Source of the DNA: Callorhinchus milii
Lineage: Eukaryota
Direction: 5' to 3'
Length of the DNA stretch: 64,000 bases
Assembly (NCBI RefSeq): GCF_018977255.1
Contig: NW_024704742.1
Span: 558,001-622,000 of the forward strand
Shown here: positions 12,670-24,382 of the stretch, one piece after another
How the letters are laid out: each line of letters opens with the position of its first letter
Position numbering within the stretch: position 1 is the stretch's first letter
The notes under the pieces: model-generated
What the model was told of the DNA's origin: nothing
The model's database searches: none
Seen by the model: only the letters and a program-made list of their open reading frames with translations
Position numbers and translations under genes: made by a program

Positions 12670-13130
12670 ACTCTAAAAAGTAGCTACACAGGTAGATAAG
12701 GCTATTTAAAAAAGGCGAATGCGGTCTTGCTCTTTGTATCCAGAGGGATATAAAGTGAGGAGGTGACGTTCAATTTGGAATTGAATATTATATCCAATTC
12801 TGGTCTCCACGCTATGGAAGGATATAGTAGTAATGGAAATATTACAGCGTAGGTTTACAAGGATGTTGCCAGGGCTGGCAGTTTACTGCAATCAAGATAG
12901 ACTGGAAAGGTTGAGTCTTTTTTTCATTCGAGATGTTTAAGTGGGGAATGGAAGTGCTTAAAATTATAAAAGGGTTCAATAAGGTTACTATATATAGGCT
13001 GTTTTCACTGGATGGAGAGTCGTCCGTAACCAGGGGACACAAGAATCAGATAGTGACTTGGGGATCCAAAAGAGAATTTAGGAGGAACTACTTCAAGCAG
13101 TGGGTAGTGAGACGGTGGAACTCGCTGCTA
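12670..13130 (+). mobile_element. CR1 LINE ORF2 3' fragment
   Basis: Peptide KIIKGFNKV...RLFSL...TRGH...[16 protein letters not shown] is the CR1 RT C-terminal pattern. Confidence 0.85.
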
Positions 13131-13165
13131 GTTCTACGATTCACAAAACATATCTTCCAGCTCAC

Positions 13166-13303
13166 CTGCAGTTCTTCATCGGTTAAATTTTCACCCAATT
13201 CTTTAGCAACTCTCTTTAGGTTCTTGAATGATATTTTTCCTGTACCATCATCATCAAACAAGCGGAAAGCTTTAAGAATTTCTTCCTTGGAGTCTTTCTC
13301 ACT
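13166..13303 (-). CDS. CETN4: Centrin exon 4 (EF-hand 3)
   Basis: tttccag|AGT...CAG|gtgag; 138 nt; [46 protein letters not shown]. Confidence 0.97.
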
Positions 13304-13397
13304 CTGGAAAGGAGTCAATAATTAGCGAGAATTTCAGCACTACAATCAACTCAAGAACTCTAACATATGATCTATTACTCTTCATATATATTTATTA

Positions 13398-13970
13398 TTT
13401 ATACTAATAAAACGACAATGTCTGTCTGCGCTTCAAGAAGGATCTCAATAACCGATTGACATAGAGACATGATTTAAACCCCACCGGAAAGGTCTTGCAC
13501 TTGGGAGTGACATGAACATAGTTGTTTTCTGGTGTCTCCTATCGTTCACGAGTTACTTTCAGTTTTGCGTTTTTCGCTGCAGTTACACCTGGCGGCCACC
13601 GAGTCAAAGTGGCGCTGCGGCATCGCGAGTCACACACAGAGCACCTAACGCGTATGCGCTGCAGTTACGCCCGGTGGCCTCGCCGGCTGACCGTGGCGCT
13701 TGTGGCATCCTGCGGCACAGAGCACGCGTGTAGCCAAGCGGCGGGAACAAAATAAACAACACAGACAAAGCTAAGCCACGGCAACAACAACAACAACAAC
13801 ATTACATCTTTAAAGAGCCGAGTCTTCCCGTTGAGTTCTCCCAAAAGGAGTCCTCCCGCGGGAGTCCTCCCAGATGACTATAGATAAAGACGAAATGTGT
13901 GTCTGTGCGTCAAGCTACATTCCATACTGGATCCTTTGGTTGCCAGCGAAGCTGCAATGGGCGCAGCTAG
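13398..13970 (+). mobile_element. Probable non-autonomous Helitron in centrin intron 3
   Basis: 5' TTTATACTAATAAAA after an A; 3' hairpin TTGCCAGC-GAA-GCTGCAA (13940-13957), then CTAG (13967-13970) followed by T; no TSD. Confidence 0.65.
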
Positions 13971-14012
13971 TTTTTTATATATATATATAAATAGTCGGGT
14001 GCAGAGCCTTAC

Positions 14013-14141
14013 CATTTTCTGAGTCATCATAGCCAAAAAGTCATTGAAATCAATGCTACCAGATCCCTCCTTGTCAATATCTGAAATCATCTTTTTTATT
14101 TCTTCTTTTTTCGGCTCGAACCCCAAGGCCCGCATGGCAAC
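14013..14141 (-). CDS. CETN4: Centrin exon 3 (EF-hand 2)
   Basis: ttttccag|GTT...ATG|gtaagg; 129 nt; [43 protein letters not shown]. Confidence 0.97.
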
Positions 14142-14793
14142 CTGGAAAATAAAGCGGAGTCGGGAGTTGGAGACGGATTCTAACTCTTGTCAAAATTAAA
14201 TATATCTACAATGCAGACATTACTGGAAATCCGTCAGATTAAATCAGCAGCTGAAAAAGAAAATGAGTCAGCGTTTCGGTCAGGCCAAACAAAGTACAAC
14301 TTTCCCTTCTTCAAATACAGATTGATTTGCTGTGGATTTCGTTGCAGATCTAGTGTTATACGTGAGCACGGTTTGCCTACAAATCTACAATTGCTACACT
14401 TCACAGTGAATCCTGTGAAGTACTTTGAGCCGATCCGATGACATGATAGAAGCAGTATCCCAAAATCAAATAACGTTATGATAAATCTTCCTAATTGTAA
14501 CACTTTGCTCTTTACACAAAAAAATCTTGCTAAAAAAGGAGCACTACATTTCAACAGTAATTATCTGTAAAGCCCTTTGAGATATTCTGATGTTGCAGGT
14601 GATGCGTTAAATGCAACAATTATTGTAATATTACTATTTTTTATTAAATGGGACTCGGACTCAAATACCCAAACGGTTGGTTCCTCTGTAAAATTAAAGG
14701 GGATTTCTTTTCACCACTGAATTATACCCAATGTTTTGCATTTTATAGAAGCAATCATTGAAAATATTATGATACACAGTGGAGAAATACTTA

Positions 14794-14958
<165 letters not shown>

Positions 14959-15869
14959 CTAAAAAGGGGTGGTTCAAAAAATACCTTAAGTTCATACTTT
15001 TAAATAAAAATGTTTACAAATATTTGTGCATGCAGCTATTCACTCCCTACTACTACAGTAGCCGTACCACCACCATTGAACACCTCGCCGATCAGTTATA
15101 TTCTCTCAATATAAGACAGTGACTACTGTATTTGCGAGTCAGTATCTTAATTGTGTAAAGCTCTTTGAGAAGGTTCAAGCTGACAAAAGTACAATATCAA
15201 GTATTTTATTTTCATGCCGTCTGTACAATTATATACCACTTGCAACGCGCTCTTGTGATATTTCTTAAGAAATGCAATTATCAAACAAGATTTTAGAAAC
15301 GGTCAAATTTCTAAACTTTCTAAAATCCATTGAATGCTCCTTGAGGTTTTAAATAATTGGGAAATCTACATTTGTTTTTAAGAAATATCACAAATTGTAC
15401 ACCCCATGGGTCACACATTCTGGGTTCGTTTCCAGGTAAAATGCAACATGCAACTTTTAAATGGTAAAACTAAAACTTCAACAGCAATTTGAAGGGAAAG
15501 CCTAATCCTATGTAACCTTGTAAGCATTATTTAATGGAACAATACAAGTGCACCTGGCATTATACTTTATTGGACGTATTTACAAAAATGATTTGTAAAA
15601 CTACAGGACAACCCCATTGTAATGCACCTTGCTAGATCATGGATTCACTCAAGTGACTGAGTTACACACCCCAACATTTTCCTACTTGCACTATCCAAAT
15701 CCAGTCATCATGAAAAAATGGCCAACTTCTCGGTGGTCAAGAGTACGTTATGCAGGGATCACCGCTCACATCACTTCCTGCATGTTATTCTTACACATTC
15801 CGCACAGGAAGAGCTGCTGACATCTCTTCAGAAAGAAGTTAACCCAGCAGCACTTCTTGTGCTTAGCAT

Positions 15870-16300
15870 ATGCGTGTGCAGCAAGGGACATTCCTCACCT
15901 ACCATCCCTATCCTCACCCTAACTTTCAAATCCCTCCATGGTTTTACTCTACCCCATCGAGCCCCACCAACCCGGGCCCTCCCTCCGCTCAGCAGATACT
16001 GACCTACTTCCTATCCTCGGCCCCACCCACCCCACTGGAGTTGGGCTTTCAGCGTATCTGTCACCACTATGTAGACGTCCATCCTGTTATCCCTTCAACT
16101 TGCTCCTTTCAAGGTCCTCCTCAAGACCTTCCTCTGATAGCATTTTTGGCTATCTTCCCCCCCCCCCCCCCACTCCATCCCCTCATCCCATCCCCTCGTC
16201 CCTACCCCAGGCTTAGGTGCAAACCCTGGACTGTTCCGTGCCTTGGGACGTCTTCCCGACACGAAAGATACTATAATGAATGTAAATTTGTATTGTATTG
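15870..16300 (+). mobile_element. L2-clade LINE 3' fragment
   Basis: ILTLTFKSLHGFT peptide, pyrimidine-rich body, tail ...ATGTAAATTTGTATTGTATTGTA. Confidence 0.75.
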
Positions 16301-17859
16301 TACTTTGATATGCAAGAAGTGAGGTCACTGGTGACTGGACGACCTGGAAGTGAGCCATTTTATCACATCTCTTTTATAATGCGGAGCCTGAGACGACACA
16401 ATAAAGGGGTTGTCTTGCATATGGTTTCATTGAATTTGTTCCCAGAATTATAGCCATAGTTATTGTTAGAGAGAAGATAGTACTGTGTCACATACATTTA
16501 TTTTATGACTAAGGTACAACAGTTCTCAGTGCAACAAGGTTTATTCCATTTCTTTTCCTATATGGTATACCATGCAGAATGATGCAATGAAAAACCAAGG
16601 CAGTGCAAGAATTATTAAAAGCATGCAATACTAGAACAAGTAGCATATACTGTACATCAAGCCACATGTAACGCTTAAAGGCTGATCCACTTCTGTGACC
16701 TTCAAGGAAGCAATTACAGTATGCTCCCACTCTGTTTCAATGGTTCAAGAGCCATAGTCTAATAAATTGAAAGCAAGGGTTGGATTCATGGTTGTGTGAC
16801 TTTTGCATACAGTAAGCTGCCATCTCTAAGTAATCACATACTTACTACAATATCATTGATAGTCATTTAAAGATGCAAATCACTGTAGCCTGATTCCCAT
16901 TACCATAAGACCGTAAAATCCCAATTCCCATTCCATAAAGAAAGCAGTGCTCTTCATTCATGTGGTACGTACGGCAACACAGGGACTTCGCAGTGCTGCT
17001 CCTCAGCAACAGGCTGAAAGGTAAAAATCTCTTCAGGTTGTTTTGCTGCATGTGGCAGCAGCCTACTTCATTCAACTTCAGACACCACCGGTGTCTCATT
17101 ATAGCAACCGTCTGAAAATACTCGAGTCAGTCACTTCAATGCTTTGAAAGCCAACCGTTTCTGCTCCTAGGGCTTGTAAAAGAATTTTAAATCTGTGTGA
17201 AGGTCTTTCAGAACATTGTATTATCCTTGGACACTCGGCGATAGAAAATATTGGCTGGTAGTTCTGCTCTATTGCCCTCAACACCTCACTGCCACATTGC
17301 TACAGTGCAACCTGCTCAGCAAAGACCTTAAGCTTGATGATAAAATACATTTGTATAATATAATAATAATCCTTGCATTTGATATAGTGACTTATCACGT
17401 CTTCGAGGCGCCTCAAAACGCTTCACAGAATATACTGTAAAGTGAATTGACTGTATGTTTCGTGGGCAAAATAGTATATTTTGTACAGCACCTTTCACGA
17501 TGGGAAGACATCCAAAGATGCCTTCATTATCCTTAACAAAGTGCGCAAAATAGACCATAATCTCTGATCTATTACTGACAAAGAAGGTAAATTGATTTTA
17601 GTCAATTCAATCAAAGTGTGCACTGAGGCAGGACCATATAGCATAAGAACCACAGAACCATAGAAATATACGTGTCAGTAGGAAGCCATTTGTCCCATTC
17701 TGCACGTTTGTTAACCACTAAGACACATGGACACACAGGAAAAATCAAAAAAGTATGTTGAATCAGACAGCTTAACTAATAAAAATAAATACAGTGACCC
17801 TCCTCAACAAGATACCATTGCAAATAGCTCTTAATATAGACAGTAGTTACACAGTGTTG

Positions 17860-18655
17860 ATTGCTGGATACTTTTGGCTCTAACCTACTCAACTTCCTTG
17901 GCACGTCTCTCAAATACACCTACTTGTGCGAATCCTTGGATGGTCTGGTTCGATCCTCAGCTCTTTCTCCCTCACATCTGGTCTCCAACCAAGACTGCTT
18001 TTCTTCACCTCTGTATCATCGTCTGCCTCTGCCCCTACCTCAGTGAAAAATGCCAGCAAAACCCTTATCCACACTTGTGTCACTTCTCAGCTGAACCTTT
18101 CTGACACTCCTCGCTGGGTCTCCCCAATTCTACCATCCATAAACTTCAACTCATCTAATACTCTACCTACGACCTCACACACATTGAATACCATGTCCAT
18201 CATTCCAGTCCGTGCCAGGCTCCATTGGCTCTCCGTCTCTCAGTGGATCGAATACAAGGTCCAGGTCCTAGCTATCTCGATCTCAGCGTTCTGATTGTTA
18301 CTACTAACTCCCTATCCCTCTGATCTCCGCTGAGGAAGAGGTGCACTCCACTCCTCTGCTTGCCCCGTTTGGCTAACTCGGGTTTGCTGCCTGATCACGC
18401 CCTACCATCAGTGGTCGAACTTTCCACTTTCGTGCCTCTAACCTTTGGAACTGCCTCCCTCAACCATGTCTTTCACCCCACCATCTGTCCAAGTCCTGTC
18501 GCAAAACCTACCTCTTCTTTCACCCCTATGGCCACTTCCTTCCCTCGCTCCTCTTCCCTCCCCCACCCCCTCCCTCTCCCCTTGTTCAGCAACCAATCTA
18601 AAGCACTCCTACACATTATTGTACGCGAAGGGCACTATTAAACGCAACTTGTTGT
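17860..18655 (+). mobile_element. L2-clade LINE 3' fragment
   Basis: KTLIHTCVTSQL and ARLHWLSVSQWIEYKV peptides; tail ATTAAACGCAACTTGTTGT. Confidence 0.8.
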
Positions 18656-19744
18656 AAATCTGCAGTGATTGTATATCACACTCAGAATGGACATAATCAT
18701 GCATCGACTAGGCAGAACATTTTGGGTATACTTCTCTGCTGTCGCTAAAAACAATCTATTCACTGTCCACAACTCTACTATGTGCATTATATTACATTAT
18801 CTTGCTAAGGTATTACTATATAATACAGTACATCATTCATTGTTGAAGACGGGGTAGGTCAGTCACGTTGCTAGGTAAATGGCACAGTGCTCATTCTAGG
18901 CTGCCAAAAAAATGACGTCATAATAAGTTTGATTTTGTCTTGGCAACCACCCGCCGTGATATATAAAACAAATGCATATCAACACAATACCTTCTTCTTC
19001 TTCAAAATGTTTAACTGCAATCTACCTTTGGCAGATAAGTTGGTAAGCCACTGCCAAGTGTGAAACTGACCAATATTAAGCGGGTAGATCTGCAGTCTGC
19101 TACGTTAGCAAGAGCAGCAATGGGAGTACAACGATTGGCTTCAATAAGCTGGATAAGGAAGCACGCTGAAAATAAAAATCAATCAAGATTATCCATTCTA
19201 ATGACTCTCTGCTAACCCTAGCTGTAAAGCTTGATTGTGTGGGTTCCATGTATAGGCAGGATTAACCTTAATTATATATGAATAGCCCGAGCAACACTCG
19301 CTCTGAGTCGAAGCTCACGTCTGAAGATTAGCAAATCAGGTGAAGTATCACAGAGCTATCTGCAGTTGTGGCACCCGGTTAGAGGCCCTTCAGGAAAAGA
19401 TTGATGAAGACCATCCAGCAGCAAAATAAACAAAGTTTCATTTGAATTGCTCTGAGGAATCTAAATTCGGCATTTGAATCTAACCAGTCTGTAAATGTCT
19501 TTGCTTTAGGCAAGTTATTACACTTTCCAATGATTACTATTCCAATAATTACCATTAGTCAGTCTTGCTCGGTTGGTAGGACTCTCACCTTTGAGTTAGA
19601 AGATTCTGGGTTAAATAATGAACAATAATAAAATAATATAATACTTGAATTTAATATAGCACTTTTCGCATCAGGAGGATGGCTGAAAATGTTCACAGGA
19701 TATACTGTAAAGTGCAGCAACTGTGTGTTTAGTGGGGTGGTCCT

Positions 19745-20365
19745 CAGGCTGCCGAAACCCTCACCCACGCATTCGTCAGCTCAAGGCTCGATTACGGAAA
19801 CTCCCTCCTCATCGGCCTTCCCAACTCTTCCCTTCACAAGCTGCAGATCATCCAAAACTCTGCAACTCGTGTACTCTCGCGCACCAGGGTCCGCGACCCC
19901 ATCACTCCCACCCTCACCCGACTCCACTGGCTCCCCATCTCCCAGAGGATCGAGTTCAAGATCCTCGTCCTCACCTTGAAGGCCGTCCATGGCCTTGCCC
20001 CCTCCTACCTCTCTGACCTGCTGATTCCCTACCAACCTGCCCGCTCTCTTCGTTTATCAGGCTCCGGCTGCTCCATGTCTCCTGCCCGACCATCGGTGAC
20101 CCGAGCTGGGGGTCGGGGTGGGGGAGGGTGGAGGGCAGGGGGGAAGCAGGGAGATTGAAAGCACGGTCGAAGAGGAGGGTCTTGAGGGAGGTCTTGAAGG
20201 TGGTGAGGGAGGGGCGAAACAGGGATGGAGTTCCAGAGGATGGGTGCAGAGTGGCGGAAGGTCCGCCAGTCAATAGTGGGGGATGTGAAGCAGGCTAGAG
20301 CCCGCTGAACGGAGGGAGCAAACAGGGGGTTAGGAGGTCGGAGAGGTAGAGGGGAGCAAGACTGT
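19745..20365. mobile_element. Two L2 fragments joined tail-to-tail (+ 19745-20097; - 20098-20365)
   Basis: Plus part encodes RLHWLPISQRIEFKILVLTLKAVHGLAPSYLSDLL; minus part encodes FKTSLKTLLFDRAF. Confidence 0.8.
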
Positions 20366-21189
20366 GGAGAACATGGAGCACATGGAGAACATAACAGTAG
20401 CTTATGAGAAAAGGGGCTTAAATTGCACAGGTTTAGTAAAGTTACAGATCTTGCATTTATGAGAAAACCTTCAGCCACTGAGTGTTCTACCAAAACCACT
20501 TTAGCCTCATTGCTTTTCTCCCAGTCTTCAAAATTATCCTAAAAACATCAACCACAGTCAATGTCTTTAATCTCTTATTGGCCTTCTTGGTATTAACCAC
20601 CATGGTAAGCACTTTGAGGTGACCTTTTAAGTAAAAGTTACTAGATAAAAAAAATCAAATTGTTTACAGCCACCAGAATTAAATAGGTTGATGTATGAGA
20701 GCTGTCAGCTCTTGCTAGTGAAGCAGGTAATAATTTGCAGAGTAGAGGTAGCAGGTGAGGAGAAGGACTACAAGAGATTAAATATATGATGGGGTAAAGG
20801 AATGGAGGCATTTGAAGCCAGGAGGAGCCGATGGACTTAGGGACTCTAGTACAGGAGAGAATGCAGGGAGCAGATTAATTGGAGTTTGTGGATTGATGAG
20901 GGTTTCAGTTGCAGCCGAAGCAGAGTTGTCAGGGACCAGATGAAAAACTAATAGAATAGGGGTATATGAAACAAAACTCTGAAATGTTGTACTGCCTCTG
21001 TGAGCTGCAATAAGCAACTGAGGTGAGGAGACATTAATGGAAGCCTAGTAGGATAGTCTACATTTTGTGGATGTTTTGTTAGAGAATGTTAAGGCCCACC
21101 TAATTGTCTGATGTCTGATAGGAAATTGGTCAGAACAGTGTTGGTCCTGGATTTGAGGGTAGAACGATAACAATAACAAAATTACATGT

Positions 21190-21960
21190 CTGTAGCGGAA
21201 GGGGTCACAGAGCCTGGTGCAAGGGAGGACACGGGCTGCACAGGTCTGAGTGATTTGCAGCCTACGAGGAATTGGGGAGGCTGACAAGCAGTGAGTTTGT
21301 GTAGTTGAGAGCCTGGATGTTACGAACGCGTGTTTGAGGGTTCTCAGTGGCCTGCGGTGTGAGACAGTGTCAGAGCCGGGCGACGTTGCGGAGGTGGGGG
21401 AAGGCAGAGCGGGTCGTGGCGTGGATGTGGGGTAGAAAGCATAGTTGAATGTCAAACAAGACCCCAAGGTTCTGGACTTGGCTTGGCAAAGTGGAGTGTG
21501 CAACCATGGATGGTGATGGTGTCAGCGCCTGAGGTGAGGAGGCGCCTGACGGGAGTCAATCAGGAGAGCCTCGGACATGTTGACGTTCAACTGTAGAAAG
21601 TTAGTTCTCATCCAGGACTCAATGTCACACAGACATTCTGCCAGGACAGCAGTGGGTCCTGGATGGGAGGGTGGAGGCAGAGAGGTAGAGTTGGGTGTCA
21701 TCCATCCGCATACGTGTGGAAGTTGGCCCCATGTCTGCGGAAGATGTCGGCAAGAGGGAGCACATATAGATATTGAAAAGGAGGGGACCGAGGACTGAGC
21801 CCTGAGGAACTCTGCACAAGAGAGTGGCGGAGCCGGGCGATGTTGCGGAGGTCAGGGAAGGCTGAGCGGGACATGGCACAGATGTGGCGTAGAAAGGATT
21901 GTCGAGGGTCAAACAAGACGCCAAGGAAGGCAGAGGCAGAGAGTTGGGTGTTGGCCACAA
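21190..21960 (-). mobile_element. L2-clade LINE RT fragments
   Basis: Minus-strand VPQGSVLGPLLFNIYM and YAD-DTQLY RT motifs, rearranged. Confidence 0.85.
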
Positions 21961-22239
21961 ACATTGGAAGTAGGCCCCATATATCACCATAGCACGATAT
22001 CGCTAAGCATATAGACGGTGAAGAGGACCGAGGGTAAAGCCCTGAGGAATGCCGCTTAAACTGTGTGGGGGGCGAGAGGAGAGACAAACCGGAGATGCTG
22101 CGCTGGAAGCCTAACCAGGAAAGCAATCGCAAACACGAGAATATCAGGAGACAAAAAGTTTCCAACAACTGACAAGAAAGTCCCAAGACACTGCCGTGGT
22201 CCCCTTTATCTCTCTCTCTCCCGCCCGCGCGCACACACT

Positions 22240-22271
<32 letters not shown>

Positions 22272-22352
22272 GACACAGACACTAACTGGAAGGTGAATTA
22301 TTGATTTCCTGCTGAAGTGAAAAAGGCCGAAAATACAGAGTGGGCAACAGCT

Positions 22353-22478
22353 CCACACACACACACAGACACACATACACACACAGACACACACACACAC
22401 ATATATACACACACACACATATACACACACACACATATACACATATATACACACACACACACATACATATACACACAC

Positions 22479-22549
<71 letters not shown>

Positions 22550-22740
22550 TATACACACACACACATACATATACACACACACATATATACACACACACAC
22601 ATATACACATATACACACACACATACACACACATATACACACATACACACACATATACACACACACATATATACACACACACATACACACATATACACAC
22701 AGACACACACACATATACACACACTCAGAGACACACACAC
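22353..22740. repeat. (CA)n/(TA) compound microsatellite
   Basis: About 390 bp of CA with ATAT interruptions. Confidence 0.98.
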
Positions 22741-22790
22741 CCTCCCTCCCTCCCCCCCTCAGGGCTGTGAGCAGTGCTGTGGTACCTTAC

Positions 22791-22793
22791 CAT
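22791..22793 (-). CDS. CETN4: Centrin exon 1 (start codon only)
   Basis: Minus strand reads ACACC-ATG|gtaagg: Kozak-like context plus a canonical donor, at the edge of the CpG island. An ATG-only first coding exon matches CETN2/CETN4-type genes and joins exon 2 in phase 0. Confidence 0.85.
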
Positions 22794-22839
22794 GGTGTAG
22801 AGAGAGAGAGAGAGAGACAGAGTGGACACTGACTGACTG

Positions 22840-23388
22840 TGACCGACGCGCCGCCGCTCGTCTCCAACGTAAACAAACGCGGGCCGCGAGCAGCACTCAC
22901 CGCGCTCCCTCCCGCCCACCACCGCCACAACCAAACCTGCTCGGCCGGAGAGCGGCGCCACCCAATCGCGAAGCCGCAGCCTCCCGGCGGAAGCGGCCCT
23001 CGCGGCCAATCGCTTTCGCCGCCGGGGGTGGGCGGGACCTCACCGCCCCGCCTCTCTCTCCGGGAAGGTTTGGTTGCGCCGCGGGGTCGGTAGCGTAGCA
23101 ACCGCCGTCGCGCATGCGCCCTGCTGAGAGGAGGGGGGCGGGGCAACGGGTAACCGTTAGGATTTAAATACTAAAACAGCACCCAACCCCCCCCCCTCCC
23201 CCCTCCCCCTCGCGCCCCCTTAATGTCAAAGCGGGGAGTTCGCTGTTGTTTTTCTCTACAGTGTAATCGTTACTGTTGGACTGGGGGAAACGGACGGTTG
23301 GGAGACGTCATTTCCGGTCTGTTGGACGGACGGATGGACGACGGGCGCCATGGCAACGGCAACTCACTGACTGACTGACTGACAGAGA
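22840..23388. promoter_or_regulatory. Bidirectional CpG-island promoter shared by centrin and BBS12
   Basis: CpG-dense. CCAAT boxes near 22962 and 23007; GC boxes near 23030 and 23137; NRF1 palindrome GCGCATGCGC 23110-23119; X-box-like GTAGCGTAGCAAC 23090-23102 and GGCGCCATGGCAAC 23344-23357. Flanked by a minus-strand donor (22790) and a plus-strand donor (23389). Confidence 0.85.
23280..23388 (+). other. BBS12: Probable non-coding first exon of BBS12 (5' boundary uncertain)
   Basis: Ends at donor GA|gtgagt (23389). Matching acceptor ttccctttgtatttgcag| ends at 24963, 30 nt before the BBS12 ATG. Confidence 0.6.
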
Positions 23389-23396
23389 GTGAGTGA

Positions 23397-23780
23397 CGGG
23401 GGGTGGGGGCCTGGGATGGGGGGGTGGGGGCCTGGATGGGAGGGGGGTGGGGGGCTGGGATGGGGGGGGGGGGGGGGGGGGGGGTGGGGCCTGGGATGGG
23501 GGGGGGGGCTGGGATGGGGGGCCTGGGATGGGGGGGTGGGGGCCTGGATGGGGTGGGGGCCTGGGAGGGGGGGGTGGGGGCCTGGGATGGGGGGGGGGGC
23601 CTGGGATGGGGGGGGTGGGGGGCCTGGGATGGGGGGGTGGGGGGCCTGGGATGGGGGGTGGGGGCTGGGCTGGGGGGGTGGGGGGCCTTGGGCTGGGGGG
23701 GGGGGGGGGGTGGGGCTGGGATGGGGGGGGTGGGGGCATGGGATGGGGGGGTGGGGGGCATGGGATGGGATGTGGGGGGA
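23397..23780 (+). repeat. G-rich minisatellite (GGGGGCCTGGGATGGGGGGG-like units)
   Basis: Direct inspection; many G-runs of 3 or more. Confidence 0.95.
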
Positions 23781-23844
23781 TGGAGAGACAAGATAGGAGA
23801 GAGAAGATATATACACACATATAGAGAGAGAGAGAGAGAGAGGG

Positions 23845-24056
23845 AACAACATTACATTTGTAAAGCACCTTTCGCGTTGGGAAGACGTCCCAAGACGCTG
23901 GACGGTCGGGGATCAGGACCTGAGGTGGGGGTTGGGATGAGGGCGGGCAGAGAGGGTAGGAGGATGGCATACGGCATGGTCGAAAAGGAGGGTCTTAGTC
24001 GTGCCTTGAAGGAGGTAAGGGAGGCAGGAAGCGAGGCGAAGGGATTGCGGGGTGGA
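23845..24056 (-). mobile_element. L2-clade LINE 3' end
   Basis: Antisense tail AACAACATTACATTTGTAAAGCACCTTTC...GACGTCCCAAG. Confidence 0.8.
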
Positions 24057-24382
24057 TAAAGAGGGGATAAAGAAGGGATAAAGAGAGAGGATAACGAGAG
24101 AGGATAGAGAGAGCGAGGCGACAGAGAGAGAGAGAGAAAGAATAAATAAAGAGAAGTTATATACATAGAGAGAGACAGAAGGGGAGGGAGGATAGAAAGA
24201 AAGGATAGAGAGAGGGAGGGATGGATGACGGGAAAAGAGAGGAGTTACTTGGGGAAGCGAACTGTAGGAAACATGTTTCTCTTGTTGAACTGTCCAATTG
24301 ATAACCAGCGCTCTGAGACCCTTCCCCAATGAAGGGTGCAATATGAATGCAAGTTATTCTTGTTCTTTTTTTCCTTCTCGAC

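Noticed and set aside
22239..24059. Long ORFs rich in HT/CV/G/P
   Set aside because: They are translations of CA/TG microsatellite and G-rich minisatellite, which lack stop codons.
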